From contig JACOXU010000001.1 of the NCBI GenBank assembly GCA_016182185.1, positions 530,915 to 594,914 of the forward strand: DNA of 64,000 nucleotides. The letters are read 5' to 3'. Positions 17,631 through 26,169 of the stretch are shown in pieces. Origin of the DNA: Candidatus Levyibacteriota bacterium. Lineage in GTDB: Bacteria > Patescibacteriota > Microgenomatia > Levybacterales > UBA12049. Position numbers and translations under genes: made by a program. The stretch's first letter is position 1. Every line of letters begins with the position of its first letter. The notes beneath the pieces were generated by a model. That model searched no databases, had not been told where the DNA came from, and saw nothing but the letters and a program-made list of their open reading frames with translations.

Positions 17631-18266
17631 ATGGATCCGTTTTTGATATTTTCTCTAGTTAGAATTTCTGCGGCATTTCTTATTTTTAAATGGCCTCTTC
17701 CCGGAGTACTTTTTTCTGCACTTCTTGATGGATATGATTGGGATTTTCTGCATACCACAAGCGGATTCAATTATGACATTTATCAAGTATGGGATAAGAT
17801 AATGGATTTGACTTATTTAACTATTGCTCTATCAACAGTGAGGTATTGGAAAGACAAACTGGCAAAAAAGATTGCCTACTTTTTTTACTTCTTAAGAACA
17901 GGCGGTGTTGCTCTTTATTTTATTTTTCAAATAAAACCTCTTCTATTTTTCTTTCCTAATATCTTTGAAAATTTTTTCATCTGGTATCTTATTTTTACAA
18001 ATATAACCAAAAAGCATCTTGTTCCAAAATCTAAACTAGTCTGGGGAATTATAATTTTATCTATTACTATCCCTAAAATAATTCACGAATATGTAATGCA
18101 CATTAAAAATGAACAGCTTTGGTATTTATATGACTTCAACTTTATAGACAAAACCAATGAGGCACTCAGACAATACATGAACTGGCTGGGGTGGGGAAGC
18201 ATTTTTTACATAATCCCATTTGCTCTTGCTCTTTTTGCTGCCGCAAAATATAGAAACAAAAAATAA
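17631..18266 (+). CDS. Hypothetical membrane protein (CDP-alcohol phosphatidyltransferase-like Asp motif)
   Basis: LLDGYD...YQVWDKIMD; several TM segments. Confidence 0.65.
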   Translation: MDPFLIFSLVRISAAFLIFKWPLPGVLFSALLDGYDWDFLHTTSGFNYDIYQVWDKIMDLTYLTIALSTVRYWKDKLAKKIAYFFYFLRTGGVALYFIFQIKPLLFFFPNIFENFFIWYLIFTNITKKHLVPKSKLVWGIIILSITIPKIIHEYVMHIKNEQLWYLYDFNFIDKTNEALRQYMNWLGWGSIFYIIPFALALFAAAKYRNKK

Positions 18267-18274
18267 AGTTTTAA

Positions 18275-18655
18275 TTATTTTATCTTGGTAAAAACAAACC
18301 CTGCAACGTATACCTGCAAGAAACCGCTCGCTGTCCAAACGAGCACCATAAGTAAAGATATTTGAAAACTGGTATAAGATATAAACATTCCCGGAATGGT
18401 TGCGATAATAAAATAAAATTTCGCAAACTCAAGCGGATCTTTTGCCTTAATTTTGTCCCAAAGATACGAAAGTACCAAGCCTACGATAAAAGGGTAGCCA
18501 AAAAAAGCAAGCATCAAAGGATCATCCCACGGTCTGAAAAGAGCAGGATTTTTATATTCTTGAGCAATCGGTGGAAATATCAGTCCGGCAAACCAATTAA
18601 ACCCAAGCCCGACAACTAATAGAATTACTCCTGCAATCAATCCTTTCTTTATCAT
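18275..18655 (-). CDS. Hypothetical membrane protein
   Basis: Four hydrophobic segments, LFRPWDDP motif, RBS GGGGGTG. Confidence 0.75.
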   Translation of the reverse strand: MIKKGLIAGVILLVVGLGFNWFAGLIFPPIAQEYKNPALFRPWDDPLMLAFFGYPFIVGLVLSYLWDKIKAKDPLEFAKFYFIIATIPGMFISYTSFQISLLMVLVWTASGFLQVYVAGFVFTKIK

Positions 18656-18707
18656 TTTCTCACCCCCTCTCCGAGAAAATGTCCATATTTCTTATTTTAT
18701 CAGGTTT

Positions 18708-19268
18708 TTACGGCTTGATTACTAATGATGCGGAAATGACCAAAAAAATCCCGATTGAATTTAAAATAAAGGAGACAATTAAAAACTGATAAGTTTTCAT
18801 CTTGGAAATTCCCATAAGACTTACTCCAATCTCATCAGGGAGAGGCGAGGCAACAATAATTGCTCCAACAACAGGCAAAGTCCAGCTGAAATATTTCGAG
18901 TGAAGTAATTTGGTGAAATGGTGATCCCCGTCGACATGATTATAGATAGAAACTATCTCATCCGTTAGGCTATCTTTGATAAATCTGAAAATTGTAACAT
19001 CACCTACCACTGCTCCCAGTCCGGCAACAAGACCTATTTCAATCGGGTTTAGGCTTTCTGACAAAACAAGAAGTATAATTGCTCCTGTTCCAACTGTAAA
19101 TGTAGAAACAAATAAAATCCCTCCAATAAATGCCCCGAGATAACCCAATGACCCCAGTCCCAGCAAAAAAGAATGGAAGATTTCAAGTCTTGAAATAAAG
19201 ACAGCAAAAGCTACACCAACCCCTGTTAAGATCAAATTTTTATATCGCAGATGAAGTTTATGATTCAT
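18708..19268 (-). CDS. Hypothetical membrane protein (DedA/VTT-like)
   Basis: GLGAVVGD, SPLPDEIG; multi-TM. Confidence 0.75.
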   Translation of the reverse strand: MNHKLHLRYKNLILTGVGVAFAVFISRLEIFHSFLLGLGSLGYLGAFIGGILFVSTFTVGTGAIILLVLSESLNPIEIGLVAGLGAVVGDVTIFRFIKDSLTDEIVSIYNHVDGDHHFTKLLHSKYFSWTLPVVGAIIVASPLPDEIGVSLMGISKMKTYQFLIVSFILNSIGIFLVISASLVIKP

Positions 19269-19351
19269 TTGTCTTTTTAATAATCTTACAAGGAAATTAT
19301 AGCAAAATTTTCATATTTGCTTTTCAGGATAGTCTAATCTATACTTAGCGG

Positions 19352-19873
19352 GTGAATTCCCTAAAATTTTCTTTGGTAATCATTATAGCCTTAGGAGTTA
19401 TAGGTTTAGCATTTATTTACAAAAATAGCTCTCAGGTTTTACCTTCTTCTCAAAAAAATTTTCCTACCCCTACCCCTTCTGCAGAGCCGTCTGTCTGGTT
19501 AACGCCTCTTCCATCTTCGCCAGTTTCTCCAACTCAACCGGCACAATCCGGAAACGGCAACCCCTGTTCGCCTTCAGAAAATTTCCTGTACAATGAGCCT
19601 GGGCGTGCATGGAATTGCGTTTCAAAGACTACTGGGGCTCAAATTGCCTGTTTTGCCCTGGGAGATTCACGTCTTAGCATTAATTCTGCTTCTCCAACAG
19701 GCTGGTGGTGTCAGCTTTCGCTCCAGGTTGAAACCGGGGTTTGTCCTGAAGGGGAAAACTGTGATTGGATGCCCGATAGCTTTACCTATGGAGACCGATC
19801 AAATCAAGAAGACTCATCAGTTATTTACACATGTTTTCGAGGAAGCCCCAACAACTGTCGTAAGGATAAGTAG
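19352..19873 (+). CDS. Hypothetical exported Cys-rich protein
   Basis: N-terminal TM, PT/PS linker, 8 Cys in C-terminal domain. Confidence 0.7.
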   Translation: MNSLKFSLVIIIALGVIGLAFIYKNSSQVLPSSQKNFPTPTPSAEPSVWLTPLPSSPVSPTQPAQSGNGNPCSPSENFLYNEPGRAWNCVSKTTGAQIACFALGDSRLSINSASPTGWWCQLSLQVETGVCPEGENCDWMPDSFTYGDRSNQEDSSVIYTCFRGSPNNCRKDK

Positions 19874-19901
19874 CGTCCGCGCGGACTTACCACTTAATGT
19901 T

Positions 19902-20123
19902 TTAGGCCATTGCGCCCATTTTAATATCGCTTACGCCAAGTGCTTCAACTACCTTATCGGGACTGTCATATTTTCCTTCAGGCAACGTCTCCTTGAACCA
20001 TTTTTTGTCTGCTTCTGAGAAATCCGAAAGCTCATTGCATTCCTCGACCAACTCATCCTTTGTTGCCGGATAAGATTGATGGCTCTTCAAATGATCAATC
20101 ATGTTTTTTATGTCCACTCTCAT
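19902..20123 (-). CDS. Small DUF2795-like protein
   Basis: YPATKDELV...LPEGKYDSPDKVVEAL; RBS GGAGGTG (start could be GTG 20117). Confidence 0.7.
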   Translation of the reverse strand: MRVDIKNMIDHLKSHQSYPATKDELVEECNELSDFSEADKKWFKETLPEGKYDSPDKVVEALGVSDIKMGAMA

Positions 20124-20221
20124 CACCTCCTTTTTTGACTTAAACACTTTACCCCAACGCCAGTAGTAAGTACTCTATAAATCGGTAAGAAGACTGTAAG
20201 AAGGACATCACATCCTATTTT

Positions 20222-20614
20222 CTACATATTGGTCGGCTGGAGCATACCGACCATATTTCCTTCGGTGTCTTTAAACATGACAAATTGCCCAATATCTGGA
20301 ATGTCCATTGGTTTTCCCTGAATTTTTCCGCCTGATTTTTTCACGGTTTCCATATGTTTTTTAAGATTATCTACCGAAATTACGATATGAGGAATCTTAC
20401 CTTCAGGTCCCCATTGAAAAAATCCGCCGTTTATAGCGCCCTTCTTTTTATGCATCCTGTTTTTATCCAAAGGCGTTGTGGTAGCCAAAAGATAGCTACC
20501 CATATCTTTTCCAAGCTGAGTCATTTCCCAACCAAAGACAGTTTCGTAGAATTTCTTTGTACGTTTTTTGTCCCGGGCGGGCATTTCAAAATGTACTACC
20601 GGATTCATTGGCAT
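20222..20614 (-). CDS. VOC/glyoxalase family protein
   Basis: NPVVHFEMP, FYETVFGW, GAINGG, FKDTEGN; RBS GGAGGTG before ATG 20614. Confidence 0.9.
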   Translation of the reverse strand: MPMNPVVHFEMPARDKKRTKKFYETVFGWEMTQLGKDMGSYLLATTTPLDKNRMHKKKGAINGGFFQWGPEGKIPHIVISVDNLKKHMETVKKSGGKIQGKPMDIPDIGQFVMFKDTEGNMVGMLQPTNM

Positions 20615-20627
20615 TTTAATCACCTCC

Positions 20628-20705
20628 TTATCCTTCTGCTGCTTTTTCAAGATCAGAGATTACTAGCTTTTTCATTTTAAGAAATGCCGCAGTTACACGC
20701 TCTGC
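20628..20705 (-). pseudogene. 3' remnant of a PhnB/3-demethylubiquinone-9 methyltransferase-type VOC gene
   Basis: AERVTAAFLKMKKLVISDLEKAAEG* with an in-frame stop shortly upstream and no start. Confidence 0.65.
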
Positions 20706-20782
20706 ATAATATCTTATCTGGAGTTAAAGTTTAGCAAAGATTATGAAAGAAATAAATGCAGAAAATTGTAAGAAAATGTATT

Positions 20783-21364
20783 CTATTTTCTTCTCTCCCT
20801 TACTATCCCGATGCGCTTGTTTTGGGCAGTCATTCTAACCAAATAATCAAGCGCTTTCTTATACATTTCCGGTCTGTGTCTTTTTCGGCTTTCAATATAG
20901 GCAATTCTGATTCTCTGATAAGATGAAGACATTTTTTGAAAATTCTCCCAGGCATTTTTCTCTTTCTTTAATGCCCTTGAAATCTCAGAAGGAATTACAA
21001 AGGTTTCGTCGTTATCTTTTTGCGGATCATAAACATGGGCAAGTGCGGCAAGTCCTGCCTTTGTCATCTTTCTTTCTTTGATAAGCTGGCGGATGCGTTC
21101 TTTATTCATTTGGGATAACTCACTTGTGGATTTTCGGGGAGAGAAGCGTTGAGCAAAACTTTCATCATCAACTTTTTTGACAATGCTATCTATCCAGCCA
21201 AAGCAAAGAGCTTCCAAAACTGAATCATCGTACGAGATACGAGCCTTGCCGGTTTCTTTTCGATAGAATATGAGCCAAATTTCAGGCTCCTTTTTGTAAT
21301 TCTTTGACAGCCACAAACGCCACTCCTTCCTGCTTGTGACATAAAGTGTCTTCCCAATCTTCAT
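20783..21364 (-). CDS. YdeI/OmpD-associated family protein
   Basis: EWRLWL, EALCFGWIDS, RFSPRK, MTKAGL. Confidence 0.9.
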   Translation of the reverse strand: MKIGKTLYVTSRKEWRLWLSKNYKKEPEIWLIFYRKETGKARISYDDSVLEALCFGWIDSIVKKVDDESFAQRFSPRKSTSELSQMNKERIRQLIKERKMTKAGLAALAHVYDPQKDNDETFVIPSEISRALKKEKNAWENFQKMSSSYQRIRIAYIESRKRHRPEMYKKALDYLVRMTAQNKRIGIVRERRK

Positions 21365-21376
21365 GAGGAGATTATA

Positions 21377-21850
21377 TCAGAGCCATCGGCGTACTTGCTT
21401 CTTGTAGCTTAGCCATTTCTTGCCGAACTTTCGCTCTAATTGTTTTTCCTCTTTTCTAATCATAAAATCAGTTAAGAAAAAGGTTATAGCTGTAATAAAA
21501 ATTCCGCTTGGTGATCCAAAAAGCAAAGTTGCCCCGAAAAAAATAAATACATTTCCGCCAAGATAGAGCGGGTTTCTTGAAAAGCGATAGGGGCCTGAGG
21601 TGATAAGTTTATTCTGGGGAGCAAGTGAGATTACTTTCATCTTATGCTGGTAAAAGTGAAACGTCGCCCAGACTCGCAGGAGGAACCCAACTGTTAAAGA
21701 CAATAATCCGGCCGAAGTTGCCAGAGGGGATCTGAAGTTGCTTATTCCAAAAAGAAAATCCAGCTTTGTTCCGAGAAAGACAATAATCAATCCTACTATT
21801 ATTACACCAATATTGTGGAGCAGACTTTTGAGAAGATTTCTCAACATCAT
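21377..21850 (-). CDS. Isoprenylcysteine carboxylmethyltransferase/PEMT family membrane protein
   Basis: LITSGPYRFSRNPLY, EEKQLERKFG, YKKQVRRWL. Confidence 0.9.
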   Translation of the reverse strand: MMLRNLLKSLLHNIGVIIVGLIIVFLGTKLDFLFGISNFRSPLATSAGLLSLTVGFLLRVWATFHFYQHKMKVISLAPQNKLITSGPYRFSRNPLYLGGNVFIFFGATLLFGSPSGIFITAITFFLTDFMIRKEEKQLERKFGKKWLSYKKQVRRWL

Positions 21851-21857
21851 CTATCTC

Positions 21858-22328
21858 TTACTCGTACTTTATTTCTATGTTATCGCCATCGTGCATCATA
21901 TAGTTTTCGAAGTCTTTACTCTCACTTCCATTTACCAGCATTTTTACTGTTCCTTCAGAGCCGTTTGTTTCGTCAAATAATGTGTTTGAACTAAATTGTT
22001 TGTTCCAGATTCGGAAGAAATTTCCAAGCTTGGTCTCATCTTTTGCAACTACACCCTGCATTTCCATATGCACAACTCCGCTCTTATAATCTTCTACATG
22101 TGTGTGCATTGGCTGATGGACCGCTCCTAAGCCAATATTGTCAGTAAATTCTTGCTTTTTTCCTTTTATGTAAACTGTAAGTCTTGGATGCCAATGCAGA
22201 CCGTTACGGGAAACAACATCAGCTTCAGGTACGGTTTCTTCACTCTTGGACAAGAAAAATATTCCGCCAATAAAAATAATGATTGTGACAAGAATTACAC
22301 CGCCTATTACTTTTACTTCTGTAGTCAT
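21858..22328 (-). CDS. Membrane-anchored His-rich hypothetical protein
   Basis: N-terminal TM; HWHP, HQPMHTH, VVHME. Confidence 0.75.
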   Translation of the reverse strand: MTTEVKVIGGVILVTIIIFIGGIFFLSKSEETVPEADVVSRNGLHWHPRLTVYIKGKKQEFTDNIGLGAVHQPMHTHVEDYKSGVVHMEMQGVVAKDETKLGNFFRIWNKQFSSNTLFDETNGSEGTVKMLVNGSESKDFENYMMHDGDNIEIKYE

Positions 22329-22405
22329 ATCTCAAATGTTTCAGAACCTATTATACAGGAAACAACCTTTGTTGCAATAAGGAGGAATAGTTAATCATTT
22401 ACTTC

Positions 22406-22504
22406 TTAGCGAAAAACGAAAAAGTAAATGGCCAAAAGTATGAAAACTATTAAGAGCAGTCCCAGGTTCTTATTCTCCTGGAATAGTCCTTTCTTTTTTG
22501 CCAT
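22406..22504 (-). CDS. Unannotated 32-aa single-TM microprotein
   Basis: MAKKKGLFQENKNLGLLLIVFILLAIYFFVFR*; TTGACA upstream. Confidence 0.6.
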   Translation of the reverse strand: MAKKKGLFQENKNLGLLLIVFILLAIYFFVFR

Positions 22505-22621
22505 AAAAATATCATTTCAAAAAGAAAAAAATTTGTCAATAAGAGAGTCTTTATTTTTGTAGGCGCGCATGCTAAAATAGCTTCACAATTAAAGATTGAT
22601 TGAGAGGGTCGAGAATTTAGC

Positions 22622-22696
22622 TCCTCTGTAGCTCAGCGGTAGAGCAATCGCCTGTTAAGCGATGGGTCGGAGGTTCGAATCCTCCCGGAGGAGCCA
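22622..22696 (+). tRNA. tRNA-Asn(GTT)
   Basis: Acceptor TCCTCTG/CGGAGGA, D arm GCTC/GAGC, anticodon arm ATCGC-CT-GTT-AA-GCGAT, T loop TTCGAAT, encoded CCA. Confidence 0.97.
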
Positions 22697-22720
22697 AGTT
22701 CTCGACAAAAGAATTTCAAC

Positions 22721-22773
22721 CGAGGATAGTTTATCCTGAACGGAGTCGAAGGAAATCCTCGCGAGGGAGCCCA
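22721..22773 (+). repeat. Degenerate tRNA 3' half interrupted by a REP-like sequence
   Basis: CGAGG-[atagtttatcctgaacggagtcgaagg]-AAAT-CCTCG-CGAGGGA-GCC. Confidence 0.55.
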
Positions 22774-22799
22774 AATTCGTTAGTATAGCCTTCATCTTT

Positions 22800-23378
22800 A
22801 TGAGTTGGCAATCTTGGCAACATCTAGGAAATTTAAGTCCCAGACAATTTGTCTGTGGATTTTGTAGTGATAAAGTTGGTGCCCACATGGGTTACCATAA
22901 CAGCCATAATGGTCACTTAATTTATATCTGTCCAAATTGTGGAGCTCCTACCTATTTTGTTGGTAACATCCAGCATCCCGGAGCAATAATTGGTAGGAGT
23001 ATAAAGAATCTTCCGGAGGATGTTAATGAAGTTTATAGAGAAATCAGAGAATCTGTACAAAACGCTTGCTATACCGCAGCAGTGCTTTTGGGAAGAAAGC
23101 TATTGATGCATATAGCAGTTGATATTGCAAAAGCTAAAGAAGGAAACTCATTTGTTAGTTATATAGACCATTTGAGTAAATCCGGTTACATTCCACCACA
23201 TGGTGGCAAGTGGCTAACTTTTGTTAAAGATATAGGGAATGAAAAAAATCATGAATTAAAAATTGGAGAAAAAGATGAGTCGGAAAAAATACTAAAATTC
23301 ATAGAAGTTCTATTAATATTCATTTATGAGTTCCCAAATGAATTACCCGACGAAGAGGTCGCTACTCCAACAACATAA
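22800..23378 (+). CDS. DUF4145 (HEPN-superfamily) protein with N-terminal Zn ribbon
   Basis: CGFC/CPNC, YTAAVLLGRKLL, IGNEKNHE. Confidence 0.8.
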   Translation: MSWQSWQHLGNLSPRQFVCGFCSDKVGAHMGYHNSHNGHLIYICPNCGAPTYFVGNIQHPGAIIGRSIKNLPEDVNEVYREIRESVQNACYTAAVLLGRKLLMHIAVDIAKAKEGNSFVSYIDHLSKSGYIPPHGGKWLTFVKDIGNEKNHELKIGEKDESEKILKFIEVLLIFIYEFPNELPDEEVATPTT

Positions 23379-23386
23379 TTGACAAT

Positions 23387-23926
23387 ATGAAAGTCTCCCA
23401 TATTTCAGAAAAGGAGAGGATTAATCTTTACAAGATTGCAATAGCTCACAATGATGTCACCGAAGCATTATTTACAATACGATTATTTTTAAAAACTGTT
23501 AATGACATACGAGATCCTAACTTTCAGCCCCTTCAAGATGCAATTGTTATCGCATACGCAAGACCTTTTACGGAAAATCGGCCGTATGGACCTTTAGATA
23601 GAAAGTGGGGGATGTTCAGTGGCCATGGGATGCAAAGATTGCACGAGTTGCTTGTAGATACGAGAAATACTTTGATTGCGCATAGTGACAAGTTGTATCG
23701 AAAGGTGCAAATAATTCCTGATGGAACATCAACTGTTCCAGGCTTACCGACAACAAAAGGTCTTGGAATTACAGTAGGAACGAAGAAAATTGCTATAGAT
23801 ATGTTTCCTCGGATCGAAGCGTTATGCCTAGACTTAGGAGGAAGGCTAGATACTGAAATGTTTGATTTACTTGATAGTCTTTATGGAGACAAAGAACTAC
23901 CCTCAGAGCCATTCGACTTGGTATAG
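23387..23926 (+). CDS. HEPN-like hypothetical protein
   Basis: AIVIAYARPF and RNTLIAH (Rx5H) motif. Confidence 0.65.
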   Translation: MKVSHISEKERINLYKIAIAHNDVTEALFTIRLFLKTVNDIRDPNFQPLQDAIVIAYARPFTENRPYGPLDRKWGMFSGHGMQRLHELLVDTRNTLIAHSDKLYRKVQIIPDGTSTVPGLPTTKGLGITVGTKKIAIDMFPRIEALCLDLGGRLDTEMFDLLDSLYGDKELPSEPFDLV

Positions 23927-24104
23927 AGTAATCGTTTTATTTCCTTCCACCTTTCCCTCAATTGTCCAATCCAACCTGGATTTTCGAAAGCCTCAATTAT
24001 GTTCACCATTTCAGGTATACTGTGCCAAGGTGAGCGGAGTTACGGATTTCTTCGTTTTTCTTCGGATTTTTATAACCCCGGTTAATTTGTGATAACCTTA
24101 AATA

Positions 24105-24827
24105 ATGGAAGTATTATTTTTAATCGCAGCTTTTTTTTCTGAAATAGTTGGAACAGTGGCTGGATTTGGTTCTTCTACAGTATTCTTACCTCTTGCTTTA
24201 CTCTTTTTCGATTTCAAGACCGCCTTGGTGCTAGCTGCTCTACTTCATATCTTTGGCAATATAGGAAGAATTAGCTTTTTCAAGCATGGACTTGACAAAC
24301 ACATGCTTCTGATTTTTGGCATTCCAAGCGTAGTGCTAACTCTTATAGGAGCTTTATTGGTGTCATATCTTCCGCAAGACATACTCAAAGGTATTTTGGG
24401 TATATTTCTTGTTATATATGCAGGTATTTCTTTTTGGAAAGAAGATTTAAAAGTAAAACCATCATTATTCAAGTCGATCTTAGGAGGAGGACTTTCAGGT
24501 TTTCTTGCAGGTTTAATTGGCACTGGCGGTGCTTTAAGGGGAGCATTCTTAACAGCGTTTGGGTTACCAAAAGAAAAATATATCGCGACAGCTGCTGCAA
24601 TAGCGTTGGCAGTTGATATAACGAGAATTCCCTTCTACTTTGCAGGAGGGTTTTTGAGTAGCCAGTATTATTGGTATATTCCGCTTTTACTCGTAATTGC
24701 ACTGGCAGGTTCTTTTGCAGGAAAACAGATTGTAAAGAGAGTTCCTCAAAAGAATTTTAAAAAAATTGTTTTGATAGCTATATTAGTAGTTGGTTTGAGG
24801 TTTATTTTTGATTGGATAATAGGGTAG
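24105..24827 (+). CDS. TauE/SafE (TSUP) family exporter
   Basis: GTVAGFGSS, GFLAGLIGTGG; about 8 TM segments. Confidence 0.88.
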   Translation: MEVLFLIAAFFSEIVGTVAGFGSSTVFLPLALLFFDFKTALVLAALLHIFGNIGRISFFKHGLDKHMLLIFGIPSVVLTLIGALLVSYLPQDILKGILGIFLVIYAGISFWKEDLKVKPSLFKSILGGGLSGFLAGLIGTGGALRGAFLTAFGLPKEKYIATAAAIALAVDITRIPFYFAGGFLSSQYYWYIPLLLVIALAGSFAGKQIVKRVPQKNFKKIVLIAILVVGLRFIFDWIIG

Positions 24828-24994
24828 GCTTATTTCAATAAGCTCACTGCTGGTGTATATTGTAACTTTTTTATTTCCAACCATCTCTATCGCATTTCAC
24901 CAATATAGCTTAGGTTTTTGAAAAGCGTGTATAATGTTGTCAAATTAAGCCTGATTTACCGGTATAGTAATCCAAGGCTCGCGGAACTGAATTC

Positions 24995-26092
24995 CTAATC
25001 TTTGACATCGATTTTTTCTAAATCCTCATCTTTATCTGAAATTTTTATGGTTTTTATTTTGGGTTTTCTGAAATTAAGATAAATAAATACACCTGCGAAG
25101 GCAAAGACCAGTCCCCAAATCAAAACCAGAATACCTAAGTTTTTTGCAGTCAAACCACCTATTAAAGTTTTTTCCGGTTTTTTGGTCGGGGTTGTTTGAG
25201 ATGTTTGAGAAATCCCGGTGGGAGGAACCGGAGTGTTTATAACCGTTTCTTCATTTACTTGACCATTAATATTTTCTTGCTGAACTATTGGAGCCAGAGT
25301 AGGAGCAGAAGTTGGAACCTTAGTCGGTACTCCTGTCGGAGCAGGTGTTGGCGTAGGAGTTGCGCTTTGACCTGCTACGACGGCAAGTTCATTGGAACTG
25401 GCTCCTGCGCTGCAGCCATTCATAGCTTTGACCACAAAATAATAGGTCACTCCAGGTGAGAGATACCCAATTGTGTAATTGTCTTGCTTTCCTACATTGG
25501 GATTCCCATAAATATAATTGCCTGATGAAAGTCCATAGGACACTACATAATAAGAAACAGGATCAGAAACCGTAGTCCAGGTAAGTTTAACCTGGCTTGA
25601 ACTTGGAGAAGTTGCGGAAGATAATGTTGGGGCTCCGGGCACTGCATCTCCGCAACTTGGACTGGTGAAATTAACACTTGCTTGACTTAGGGAAACATTT
25701 ACATCAAGATCTTTGATGTTGAATTTATCAGTTTGGACACTATTTGATTTGACCGTAAAGGTTGCAACATTGGCCGCATTACTATCATGACCCGTGGTCA
25801 CCGTAAGACTGGTCGTTCCTTTAGCGTTCCCATTTATTATAAGATTGGAATCTGTTCCCACAAGTGATATTTCCACCCTGTGGTTATTCACAGGACCGGG
25901 TGTTGATGCATCATCGAGAAGTTTCACTGTAATTTTTGACGTGCTCGTTCCATTGGCAGGAACAGATGAAGGCTCAACCGTAACAGTCGAATTGGACGCA
26001 CTCAAGGCCGCATAGGAAGACCTAGGAAAAATAAAGTTTGAAATAGAATAAAAAAGTATAATTAAAAATAAAAAGATTTTTTTCTCTAGCAT
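24995..26092 (-). CDS. Surface protein: signal peptide, invasin-type Ig domain, fibronectin III domain, PT linker, C-terminal TM
   Basis: SVPANGTSTSKITVKL, YVVSYGLSSGNY, LSPGVTYYFVVKAMNGC. Confidence 0.8.
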   Translation of the reverse strand: MLEKKIFLFLIILFYSISNFIFPRSSYAALSASNSTVTVEPSSVPANGTSTSKITVKLLDDASTPGPVNNHRVEISLVGTDSNLIINGNAKGTTSLTVTTGHDSNAANVATFTVKSNSVQTDKFNIKDLDVNVSLSQASVNFTSPSCGDAVPGAPTLSSATSPSSSQVKLTWTTVSDPVSYYVVSYGLSSGNYIYGNPNVGKQDNYTIGYLSPGVTYYFVVKAMNGCSAGASSNELAVVAGQSATPTPTPAPTGVPTKVPTSAPTLAPIVQQENINGQVNEETVINTPVPPTGISQTSQTTPTKKPEKTLIGGLTAKNLGILVLIWGLVFAFAGVFIYLNFRKPKIKTIKISDKDEDLEKIDVKD

Positions 26093-26169
26093 TTATCCTC
26101 CGCAGTTTAATTATTACACTTTTGTCCTATTAACTTCCACATGCTGTATAATATATAGTATAGTCAGAA

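Noticed and set aside
19875-19886. 12-bp palindrome GTCCGCGCGGAC as a mobile repeat
   Set aside because: Single short copy between convergent genes; more simply a terminator-like hairpin
22655-22888. 77-aa minus-strand ORF
   Set aside because: Shadow of tRNA-Asn (LLREDSNLRP is antisense tRNA) and of the DUF4145 gene
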